Of a stretch of 64,000 nt of DNA, positions 24,687 through 32,190 are shown in pieces; the stretch's first letter is position 1; every line of letters starts with the position of its first letter. The notes under the pieces were generated by a model that made no database searches, had not been told where the DNA came from, and saw nothing but the letters and a program-made list of their open reading frames with translations. Made by a program: the position numbers and the translations under genes. Source of the DNA: an uncultured Vicinamibacterales bacterium (lineage in GTDB: Bacteria; Acidobacteriota; Vicinamibacteria; Vicinamibacterales; JAKQTR01); assembly GCA_964396055.1 (NCBI GenBank), contig CAYNDV010000004.1:9284-73283 (forward strand), written 5' to 3'.

Positions 24687-26708
24687 TTGAACGACAGTGA
24701 CGTAGGCCTGATTCCGACGGCCGTGTCGGTTCAAGTTCCGGCTGCGCGCGCCGATTCCTCGTGTGGTGAGGGCCGGTTGCCCGTCCCGATCGTGGGGCGT
24801 CGACCCGGCCCCGGGCCACACACCGTGAACCCCAACAGCCCGCCACAAGCAGCCTGTGCCCCGAATGCCGAGCCCCTGGCACGCGTGCCGGACGCCGCGG
24901 ACGCCCAGCCCGCCTGGGCCGGCGAGCCTGGCGACACGGCACCTGCCCCGGATGGGTCGCTGGCGGACCTGGCGCAGCCGGTGCCCCCGCTGCGGCCTGA
25001 CGTGCTGGGACAGGCCGTGTACGAGACGTTCATGCGCGTGCCCAACCTGTACGCGCTGGCGGTGGTGGACCGGGCCGGCCGCCCGATCGGGGTGCTCAAC
25101 CGGTTCCGCTTCCTCGAAGCCCTGTCGCGGCCGTTCGGGCGCGACCTCTACGTCGGGCGGCCCGTCGAGTCGTTCATGGAGCGCACGCCGCTCGTCGTGG
25201 ACGAGCACACGCCGCTGGACGTGGTGGCGGACCTGCTCGTGGACGACACGACGAAGTACATCTTCGACGGGTTCGTGGTCACGCGGGCCGGCCGGTACCT
25301 GGGCATCGGCACGGGCTTCGGCCTCATGCGCCGGCTGACCGAACGCAAGCAGGCCACGTTGCAGCACCTGGCCCACCACGACGTGCTGACCGACCTGCCG
25401 AACCGGCAGCTCTTCGCCGACCGCCTCGATCAGGCGGTGGCGCGCGCGCGGGTCTCGGGGCGGGCGACGGCCGTGCTGTATGTCGATCTCGACCGCTTCA
25501 AGCGCGTCAACGACACCTACGGCCACGCGATTGGCGACCTGCTGCTGCTGGGCGTGGCCAGCCGGCTGAGCGAATCGGTGCGGGCGCAGGACACCGTGGC
25601 GCGCCTCGGCGGCGACGAGTTCGGCATTGTCCTCGTCGAGCTGTCCGATCCCCGCGACGCGGAGCACGTTGCGGCCAAACTGCTGAAGCGCTGCGCCGAG
25701 CCCCATCAGCTCGAAGGGCACGAGGTCAACGTTTCCTTCAGCATCGGCATCGCGGTGTTCCCCGACGATGCGCACAGCGGGGAGTCGCTGCTGCGGGCCG
25801 CCGACGACGCGTTGTACCACGCGAAAGAAGTCCGCAACACCTGGCTGCGTTTCAGCAACGAGATGCGGCGGGCCACCACGTCCGCGTTCGGGTTCAGCGC
25901 CGTTCAGCGCGGCATCGAGGAGGGGCATCTCGAGACCTACCTCCAGCCGATCGTCGATGTCCGCAGCGGGCGCATCCGGTCCGTCGAGGCCCTGGCGCGC
26001 TGGCGCGACCCGGTGCACGGGCTGATGTCCACGCCGGACCTGATCCGGTTCGCCGAAGAATCGGGGCTCATCGTCGCCCTGAGCGGCCGGATCATGCGCG
26101 ACGCGATGCGCGCCGTCGGCGGCTGGCAGCGGCACCTGGCGCCGGGCCTCTCGCTCGCGGTGAACGTCTCCGGCGTGCAGTTCCGGGAAGGCGGTCTCGT
26201 CCCGATGATCCGCCAGTTCCTGGAGGAGACGGCGTTCCCGCCCGACCTGCTCGAACTCGAGATCACCGAGAGCACCGTGATGCGCCTGGGCGCGGCGACC
26301 TACACCGCCCTGGGCCAGCTGAAGCAGATGGGCATCCGCCTGTCGGTCGACGACTTCGGCACGGGGTACTCGTCGCTCAGCCGCCTGCAGCGCCTGCCGG
26401 TGGACGCCCTGAAGATCGATCGCAGTTTCGTGCAGGTCATCGACGACGAGGGGCGTGGCGGGGAGATCGCCACCGCCATCGTCATGATGGCCCACTCGCT
26501 CGGGCTCTCGGTCACGGCCGAGGGCGTCGAGACGCCGTCGCAACTGGCGGTCCTCTCGACGGAGGGCTGTGATCGGGCCCAGGGCTACCTGTTCAGCCCG
26601 GCGGTTCCCGCACCGGACCTGGAGGCGATGCTCGCGGCGCCGGTGGCTGCTCCCGGAGCGGCGAGCGCCCGCGCGGGCCGCACGCCAGCCGTCATCGGCG
26701 TCGTCTAG
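24687..26708 (+). CDS. GGDEF-EAL c-di-GMP turnover protein with an N-terminal CBS-like sensor region
   Basis: The RLGGDEFGIVL motif is intact. The EAL domain is EALARW...DDFGTGYSSLSRLQRLPVDALKIDRSF...AEGVET...GCDRAQGYLF. The N-terminal ~100 codons are P/A-rich, so the start (TTG 24687) is uncertain. Confidence 0.8.
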   Translation: MNDSDVGLIPTAVSVQVPAARADSSCGEGRLPVPIVGRRPGPGPHTVNPNSPPQAACAPNAEPLARVPDAADAQPAWAGEPGDTAPAPDGSLADLAQPVPPLRPDVLGQAVYETFMRVPNLYALAVVDRAGRPIGVLNRFRFLEALSRPFGRDLYVGRPVESFMERTPLVVDEHTPLDVVADLLVDDTTKYIFDGFVVTRAGRYLGIGTGFGLMRRLTERKQATLQHLAHHDVLTDLPNRQLFADRLDQAVARARVSGRATAVLYVDLDRFKRVNDTYGHAIGDLLLLGVASRLSESVRAQDTVARLGGDEFGIVLVELSDPRDAEHVAAKLLKRCAEPHQLEGHEVNVSFSIGIAVFPDDAHSGESLLRAADDALYHAKEVRNTWLRFSNEMRRATTSAFGFSAVQRGIEEGHLETYLQPIVDVRSGRIRSVEALARWRDPVHGLMSTPDLIRFAEESGLIVALSGRIMRDAMRAVGGWQRHLAPGLSLAVNVSGVQFREGGLVPMIRQFLEETAFPPDLLELEITESTVMRLGAATYTALGQLKQMGIRLSVDDFGTGYSSLSRLQRLPVDALKIDRSFVQVIDDEGRGGEIATAIVMMAHSLGLSVTAEGVETPSQLAVLSTEGCDRAQGYLFSPAVPAPDLEAMLAAPVAAPGAASARAGRTPAVIGVV

Positions 26709-26843
26709 AACCGGAGGTCACGTGAGTCCGGGAGGGATGTGACCCCTCCGTCCGGGTCGCGTCCGGCTGAAGCCGGACGCCACAAAGGCCTGCCCGTCGA
26801 GACACGACGGCCTGATACCCGCCCAGGCTCCCGGACACAACGA

Positions 26844-26875
26844 AACGGCGCGGCGGGTTCCCCCGCCGCGCCGTT
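26844..26875 (-). terminator. Intrinsic terminator of the cheY-cheX unit
   Basis: AACGGCGCGGCGGG-TTCC-CCCGCCGCGCCGTT has a 14-bp perfect stem. On the minus strand it is followed by TCGTTGTGT. It lies 45 nt downstream of the cheX stop. Confidence 0.6.
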
Positions 26876-26919
26876 CCCGTGTCCCGGTTGACCGGCCTGG
26901 CCGACCGGCCGGTTCGCGC

Positions 26920-27393
26920 TTACTGTTTCATCATGATCAGCTCGACGAAGACCTCTTTTTCGCCCATCTGGAACGGGCAGAGGATCCGGCGCACGTCCGA
27001 CACGTACTTCGTGTAGAAATCGGACCCGACCGTGACCGTGGGAATCGAAATGACCCAGGGGTGGCCGGCTTCCGTCATCCTGGTCCGGAACGCGCCGGCG
27101 ATCATGTTGGCTACCTCGCCGATGGCGTCCGGCATTTCGCCGTTCACCTCGGCCGGCTCCATGCCGAGCAGGGATCCGGCGATTTCGTTGGCCGCGTCAA
27201 TCGTGCTGTAGAACACCACGACGCCGGATTCACTGCCGGCGAAACTGACGGTGGCGACCACGTTGGACCGGGGCCGGAGGGCGTCACCCTCGATCGGGAT
27301 CCCGAACGAGAGGTCACGCAGGATCATCTTCTCGAAGACGTCCCGTGTGGAGTCGATCAGCATGTCGATGGATTGCGACATCGTGTCCTGCAT
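26920..27393 (-). CDS. cheX: CheX-type CheY-P phosphatase
   Basis: It has a CheC/CheX-family layout with a single active-site motif, DAIGEVANMIAGAF (D-x3-E-x2-N). 157 aa, immediately downstream of cheY. Confidence 0.8.
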   Translation of the reverse strand: MQDTMSQSIDMLIDSTRDVFEKMILRDLSFGIPIEGDALRPRSNVVATVSFAGSESGVVVFYSTIDAANEIAGSLLGMEPAEVNGEMPDAIGEVANMIAGAFRTRMTEAGHPWVISIPTVTVGSDFYTKYVSDVRRILCPFQMGEKEVFVELIMMKQ

Positions 27394-27414
27394 GGCGGTA
27401 CCTCGATGGCCGGA

Positions 27415-27780
27415 TCACCCGGCGAGGAGAGCCTCGATCTTCTCCCTCATCACATCCGGCGTGAAGGGCTTGACGACGTAGTTGTTCACGCCTGCCCGCA
27501 GGGCCTCGACGATGTCGTCCTTCGCGGCATTGGTGGTGACCATCAGCACCGGGACGCTGGCGGTCTTCTCCTGGGCGCGGATCGTCCGGATGAATTCGAT
27601 GCCCGACACCTCGGGCATGTTCCAGTCGGTGATGATGACATCCACCGGGTTGGCCGTGGCCCGGTCGATGCCCTCCCGACCGTTGGACGCTTCGACCACG
27701 TCCGTGTGGCCGAGCTTGTTGAGTGTGTTGATGATGATCCTCCGCATGGTGGAGGAGTCATCCACGACTAGGAATCGCAT
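27415..27780 (-). CDS. cheY: CheY-like single-domain response regulator
   Basis: MRFLVVDDSSTMRRII...VIITDWNMPEVSGIEFIRTIR...PVLMVTTNAAKDDIVEALRAGVNNYVVKPF shows the DD, D, T and K receiver residues. An alternative GTG start at 27789 is possible. Confidence 0.85.
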   Translation of the reverse strand: MRFLVVDDSSTMRRIIINTLNKLGHTDVVEASNGREGIDRATANPVDVIITDWNMPEVSGIEFIRTIRAQEKTASVPVLMVTTNAAKDDIVEALRAGVNNYVVKPFTPDVMREKIEALLAG

Positions 27781-27843
27781 ACGCTTCACCCATCGGGCCC
27801 GTCATGGGCCTCTGTTCGCGTCCACGCGGCGCGTTCACAGGGA

Positions 27844-27870
27844 CAATCGGCCCGTGCCCGGGGATCTTGA
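27844..27870 (-). promoter_or_regulatory. Candidate sigma28 (FliA) promoter for cheY-cheX
   Basis: The minus strand reads TCAA-N15-GCCGATTG, against the consensus TAAA-N15-GCCGATAA. It lies ~55-65 nt upstream of the cheY start. Confidence 0.4.
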
Positions 27871-27918
27871 GGCCGACCTGCGGCGCCGCCCGGGGGCTGC
27901 CGGCCTGTCGGCGGGGTG

Positions 27919-27924
27919 TAGAAT
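27919..27924 (+). promoter_or_regulatory. Possible -10 box (TAGAAT) placed for a leaderless histidine-kinase transcript
   Basis: In GTGTAGAATGGCGCCGTG the hexamer ends 6 nt before the GTG start at 27931, and there is no SD. No convincing -35 element was identified. Confidence 0.25.
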
Positions 27925-27930
27925 GGCGCC

Positions 27931-28671
27931 GTGACCGACCATGCTGAGGCGCCCGTCACCGTGGCCTTCTCGCCTGATGACCTGGTCCGGATGAACCGCT
28001 GGGCCCTGGCGGCCAGCGTCGTGCGCGGGACGGTTCATTCCGTGAACAACATCCTCCAGACCATCGGCGGCCAGGCGGAGATGCTGCTGCAGCAGCCCGA
28101 CGAACCCGACGGCGTGCGCAGACGCATGGACCGGGTCGTGGCGCAGACGGCCCGCGCCGCCACCTACATGCGCGAACTCTCGGCCGTCGTGCGGGACGCC
28201 CCCGCCGCGCCGGACCGCTGCGATGTCAGGCCCGCCGTGGATCGCGTCTACGCGCTGCGGGAGTACGACCTGGCGCGGGAGCGGATTGCGTTCGAGGTGC
28301 ATGCGGGCGGCGAACCCCTGCCGGCAGTGCCCATCGACCAGCCCGCCCTGTGCACCGTGCTGCTGAACCTGATCCTCAACGCCGAACAGGCGCTGGCCGG
28401 CGCGCCGGACGCCCGGATCGCGGTGCTGCTGGAGCGGAGGGGTGACGCCGTGGTGATCGGCGTGCAGGACAACGGCCCGGGCGTGCCCGCCGGCGACCGG
28501 GACCGGGTGTTCGAGCCGTTCGTCACCACCGGCCGGCCGGGGGCGACGCTCGGCCTGGGGCTGGCTGTCTCGCGGCGCCTGGCGCAGGCGCACGGAGGAC
28601 GGCTCGTCCTCGCGGACGGGCCGGACGCCGCCGGCGCACGCGTCGAGTTGATCCTGCCCGTCTCAGGCTGA
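27931..28671 (+). CDS. Cytoplasmic histidine kinase lacking a recognisable sensor domain (HisKA + HATPase_c only)
   Basis: The H-box is GTVHSVNNILQTIGGQAEML, the N-box is LLNLILNAEQA, G1 is VQDNGPGVP and G2 is GLGLAVS. 246 aa. The 3' end overlaps the convergent sigma54-activator gene by 9 nt. Confidence 0.75.
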   Translation: MTDHAEAPVTVAFSPDDLVRMNRWALAASVVRGTVHSVNNILQTIGGQAEMLLQQPDEPDGVRRRMDRVVAQTARAATYMRELSAVVRDAPAAPDRCDVRPAVDRVYALREYDLARERIAFEVHAGGEPLPAVPIDQPALCTVLLNLILNAEQALAGAPDARIAVLLERRGDAVVIGVQDNGPGVPAGDRDRVFEPFVTTGRPGATLGLGLAVSRRLAQAHGGRLVLADGPDAAGARVELILPVSG

Positions 28672-30069
28672 CATCGTCTGGGTGTCCTGGACGCCCAGCC
28701 GGTTCAGCTTGTCGATGAACGTCGTCCGGCTCAGGTTCAGCAGGCGCGCGGCCTGCCGCTTGTTGCCGCCCGTCTTCTCCAGGCATCGCAGGATGAGGTC
28801 GCGCTCGAGCTGCGACACCACCGACGCGAAGTCGAGCCCGTCGTCCGGGATCGTGACGGGGTTCACTGCCGCCGGCTCGCTGGTGCTGCGGATGTCGTCG
28901 GGCAGCGAGCGCGGCGTGATCTCGCGATCGGCGCCCGACATCGCCACGGAGTGCTCGACGGCGTTCTCGAGCTGGCGGATGTTGCCCGGCCAGGGCGCGG
29001 CCATGAGCTGCCGGATCGTGTCCTGCGACAGGGTCTTGCAGGGGAGGTTGTTGCTGCGGCACGACTTCTGGACGAAGTGGCGCGCCAGCAGCGGGATGTC
29101 CTCGACGCGGTCGCGCAGGGGCGGCAGCGTGATGGGAATCACGTTGAGGCGGTAGTACAAGTCCTCACGGAACTGGCCTTCCTTCACGAGCTTGCGCAGA
29201 TCCGTGTTGGTTGCGGCGATGATGCGGGCGTCGAACTTGACCGGCCGGGAATCGCCGACGCGCTCGATCTCGCGTTCCTGCAGGGCCCGCAGCAGCTTCG
29301 ACTGGAGCGGCAGCGGCATCAGCCCCACTTCATCGATGAAGAGGGTGCCCCGATGGGCGAGCTCGAAGCGGCCGATGCGGGGTGCCACGGCGCCGGTGAA
29401 CGCGCCCTTGGTGTGCCCGAACAGCTCGGCCTCCGCCAGTTGCTCAGGAATCGCGGCGGAGTTGAACGCCACGAACCGGTGCTCGGCCCGCTGGCTGATG
29501 TTGTGGATGGTGCGCGCCACCAGTTCCTTGCCGGTGCCGGTCTCGCCGTGGATCAGGACCGTGCTGTTCATCGGGCTGATCGCATCCAGCGTGGCGAACA
29601 CTTGACGCATGGCCGGGCTCTGGCCGATGATGCCCGACATCCGGCTGTAGTCGTTGAGTTGGGCCCGCAGTTCGGCGTTCTCGCGCTGCAGTTGACGGCG
29701 CTCGAACGCGGCCCGCAGCACCCGGGAGACCTGCGACAGCTGGAACGGCTTGCAGAGGAAGTCGATCGCGCCCTCTTTCATGGCGGTCACGGCTTCGGCC
29801 ACGCCCCCGAACCCCGTGATGACGATGGCGATCAGGTCGGGATACCGCTCGACCGCCGCCCGGAGGATGTCGAGGCCGTCCGCGTCGGGCAGACGCAGGT
29901 CCACGACGCACGCGTCGAACGCGAACGCCGATACGTGTTCGAGTGCCTCGCGGCCGGTCGCGGCCAGCGTGGGGCGGAACCCGTCGGCGGCCAGCGACTC
30001 GCCGAGCAGTTCGCGGAAGTCGGTTTCGTCTTCGATGACGAGGACGGTGGGCTCCTGGTTCAGTGCCAT
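28663..30069 (-). CDS. Sigma54-dependent response regulator (NtrC/FleR/FlrC class: REC + AAA+ + HTH)
   Basis: Trimmed to MALNQEPTVLVIEDE (ATG 30069, GAAGGA SD). Walker A is HGETGTGKE, the sigma54-contact loop is GAFTGA, and the arginine-finger region is RFREDLYYRL. The C-terminal Fis-type HTH is GNKRQAARLLNLSRTTFIDKL. Confidence 0.9.
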   Translation of the reverse strand: MALNQEPTVLVIEDETDFRELLGESLAADGFRPTLAATGREALEHVSAFAFDACVVDLRLPDADGLDILRAAVERYPDLIAIVITGFGGVAEAVTAMKEGAIDFLCKPFQLSQVSRVLRAAFERRQLQRENAELRAQLNDYSRMSGIIGQSPAMRQVFATLDAISPMNSTVLIHGETGTGKELVARTIHNISQRAEHRFVAFNSAAIPEQLAEAELFGHTKGAFTGAVAPRIGRFELAHRGTLFIDEVGLMPLPLQSKLLRALQEREIERVGDSRPVKFDARIIAATNTDLRKLVKEGQFREDLYYRLNVIPITLPPLRDRVEDIPLLARHFVQKSCRSNNLPCKTLSQDTIRQLMAAPWPGNIRQLENAVEHSVAMSGADREITPRSLPDDIRSTSEPAAVNPVTIPDDGLDFASVVSQLERDLILRCLEKTGGNKRQAARLLNLSRTTFIDKLNRLGVQDTQTMSA

Positions 30070-30227
30070 ACGATCCTTCGATGCGAGGAAGAAGGTGACC
30101 GCGTGTCGGGCTGGCTCAGTCGACCCTGGCTGAACCGTCCCGGTGAACCGCCCCAGGTTCATGAAATCGACATCGGTGTCGATTAGTCGTCATGGGGTGG
30201 TCCGGCCAACGTCAGATCGCAACGTCC

Positions 30228-30785
30228 ATGCCACAGACACACGACTTGCCCTCCACCACTGAAGTCCTGGTGGTCGACGATGACCCGGACATCCGGGAAC
30301 TGCTCGTCGAGCACCTCAGGAGCCGGGGATTCCGGGTCGCCGCCGCTGCCGACGGGCGGGCTGCCATCGCAGCCGTGGAGCGGTCTCCCGGCCATTTCGG
30401 TCTGATTCTCACCGACCTGCAGCTGCCGGGCGCCGACGGCCTCGCCGTGTTGAGGGCCGCTAAACTCCTGAATCCACGGTGTCATGTCGTGATCATCACG
30501 GGCTACGCGTCGCTCGACAGCGCCATCGAGGCCGTCCGGTCCGGGGCGTACGACTATCTGACCAAGCCGTTCTCTCTGGGTCAGCTCGACGTCATCATCA
30601 GCCGCATCCGCGACCGTCAGGCCCTCGAGTTGGAAAACCGACAGTTGGCCAGGCAGGTCGGGGATCGGGACCCGGGACCGGCACTCACCGTTCCCGCCAG
30701 GCTCGAGGCGATCGAAGGGCGGCTCGACCGTATCGAGAAGCTTTTGCAGGACTTAGCTGGTCCGAGGCGCCGCCACACCGACTAG
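30228..30785 (+). CDS. Response-regulator receiver protein with a C-terminal coiled-coil tail and no output domain
   Basis: [15 protein letters not shown]...[17 protein letters not shown]...[29 protein letters not shown], followed by the helical [11 protein letters not shown]...[19 protein letters not shown]. The start is ATG 30228, or 30192 as in the track. Confidence 0.7.
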   Translation: [185 protein letters not shown]

Positions 30786-30806
30786 TCCCCCTTGGCTGAG
30801 GCATGA

Positions 30807-30836
30807 CGGTTTTCTGTCTAGTCAGACGGAAAACCG
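30807..30836. promoter_or_regulatory. 30-nt hairpin/palindrome (13-bp stem, 4-nt loop): either a terminator of the REC gene or an upstream activator site for the flgB promoter
   Basis: In CGGTTTTCTGTCT-AGTC-AGACGGAAAACCG all 13 pairs are Watson-Crick or G-U. There is no flanking T-tract. It is centred ~110 bp upstream of the -24 GG of the flgB sigma54 promoter. Confidence 0.5.
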
Positions 30837-30929
30837 ACAGGCCGTGCTCGACAAGCCGATAGCTCGCACAGCAGTCAGGTCTGACCACCACAGGCGATCT
30901 CTCCCTCCCCCGCGAGGCTCCAGATCTCG

Positions 30930-30945
30930 GGGCACTGTTCTTGCA
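30930..30945 (+). promoter_or_regulatory. Sigma54 (-24/-12) promoter of the flgB operon
   Basis: GGGCAC-TGTTC-TTGCA, with GG at 30931-30932 and GC at 30943-30944. This is a near-perfect match to TGGCAC-N5-TTGCA, ~65 nt upstream of the flgB start and its GGGAGG SD. Confidence 0.7.
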
Positions 30946-31010
30946 GTCCTGCCCTCCGTCAGCGGGTGGCCCTCGTGAGGAACCCGGCCACCCCGGGAGG
31001 CAGAATCACC

Positions 31011-31424
31011 GTGCCAGAACTGAGTGATGCCGCATTGGTCGAGGCGTTGCGCCGCCACATGACCGTGGCGGTCGGCCGACAGGTGGTCGCCTCGTCGAAC
31101 CTGGCCAACGTCAGCACCCCCGGGTACAAGGCGAAAGAAGTCGACTTCACCCAGATGCTCGACGAGCAGCTCACCGGGGGCACGCTGCCGATGCAGACGA
31201 CCGGGCCCGGGCACCTGGGCGGGGCGATGCGGCCGGGCGCAACGGCCGATGCCCTCCCGACACGCGAGGTCGCCGGCAGCGGCGAGCGCCGCGACGGCAA
31301 CACCGTGCAACTGGACCGCGAACTGCTGACGATGACCTCTGCCGCCGGCGACTTCGCCCGCGCCCAGACGGCGCTGGCCGCGAAGTTCCGCCTGCTGCGT
31401 TACGCCATCAACGAGGGGCGGTAA
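31011..31424 (+). CDS. flgB: Flagellar basal-body rod protein FlgB
   Basis: GRQVVASSNLANVSTPGYKAKEVDF is the rod N-terminal ANxxTxGY motif. The start is moved from the track (30966) to the GTG at 31011. That start has a GGGAGG SD and lies downstream of the predicted sigma54 TSS. Confidence 0.85.
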   Translation: MPELSDAALVEALRRHMTVAVGRQVVASSNLANVSTPGYKAKEVDFTQMLDEQLTGGTLPMQTTGPGHLGGAMRPGATADALPTREVAGSGERRDGNTVQLDRELLTMTSAAGDFARAQTALAAKFRLLRYAINEGR

Positions 31425-31427
31425 CCC

Positions 31428-31853
31428 ATGCCTTCCACGCTGAGCGCCGCCATCGGAGCCGCCGCCACCGCGCTGGGCGCCGAACGCACCCGGATCGAAG
31501 TGGCCGTCTCGAACCTGGCCAACGCCGAGACCACCCGCGGCGCCAACGGGCAGCCCTACCGCCGGCGTGACGTCGTGCTCGAGAGCGACGGCGAGGCCCG
31601 GTTCGACAACGCCCTGGGCCAGGCCGTCGGCGTCAAGGTGGCTGCCATCGTCGAGGACAAATCGCCGTTCCGCATCGTGCACGACCCCGGGCACCCTGAT
31701 GCCGACGCCGAGGGCATGGTCCGGCTGCCCAACGTGGATACCAACGTCGAGATGGTGGATCTGCTGTCCGCGTCCCGGGCCTATCAGGCGAACCTGACGG
31801 CCGTGAACCTGATCCGCGACATGCTGCAGAAGGCCCTGGACCTGGGCAGGTAG
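31428..31853 (+). CDS. flgC: Flagellar basal-body rod protein FlgC
   Basis: AVSNLANAETTRGANGQPYRRRDV...VRLPNVDTNVEMVDLLSASRAYQANLTAV is a classic FlgC sequence. Confidence 0.92.
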   Translation: MPSTLSAAIGAAATALGAERTRIEVAVSNLANAETTRGANGQPYRRRDVVLESDGEARFDNALGQAVGVKVAAIVEDKSPFRIVHDPGHPDADAEGMVRLPNVDTNVEMVDLLSASRAYQANLTAVNLIRDMLQKALDLGR

Positions 31854-31866
31854 GCGAGGAGACACG

Positions 31867-32157
31867 ATGGCCATCACCCCGATTGGCACCCCCGGATCGC
31901 TGGCGCCGACCATCAAGGCGCCCACCCCGGCCTCGAACGGCCAGCCCTTCGGCGACACCCTCAACCGGATGGTCGAGCAGGTGGAATCGTCGGGCCAGGC
32001 CGCGAACGACGCGGTGGCCAGGATGCTCGACGGCACCGGCGACGTCCACGACGCCATGATCGCCCTGCAGCGGTCCGACATGACGTTCCAGTTCGCCGTC
32101 CAGGTGCGCAACAAGCTGGTGCAGGCGTACCAGGACATCATGCGGATGCCGATCTAG
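31867..32157 (+). CDS. fliE: Flagellar hook-basal body complex protein FliE
   Basis: FGDTLNRMVEQVESSGQAANDAV...VHDAMIALQRSDMTFQFAVQVRNKLVQAYQDIMRMPI matches the FliE C-terminal signature. Confidence 0.9.
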   Translation: MAITPIGTPGSLAPTIKAPTPASNGQPFGDTLNRMVEQVESSGQAANDAVARMLDGTGDVHDAMIALQRSDMTFQFAVQVRNKLVQAYQDIMRMPI

Positions 32158-32190
32158 GCGCGGCCCTGATCCTATCGAGACCACGAATCC

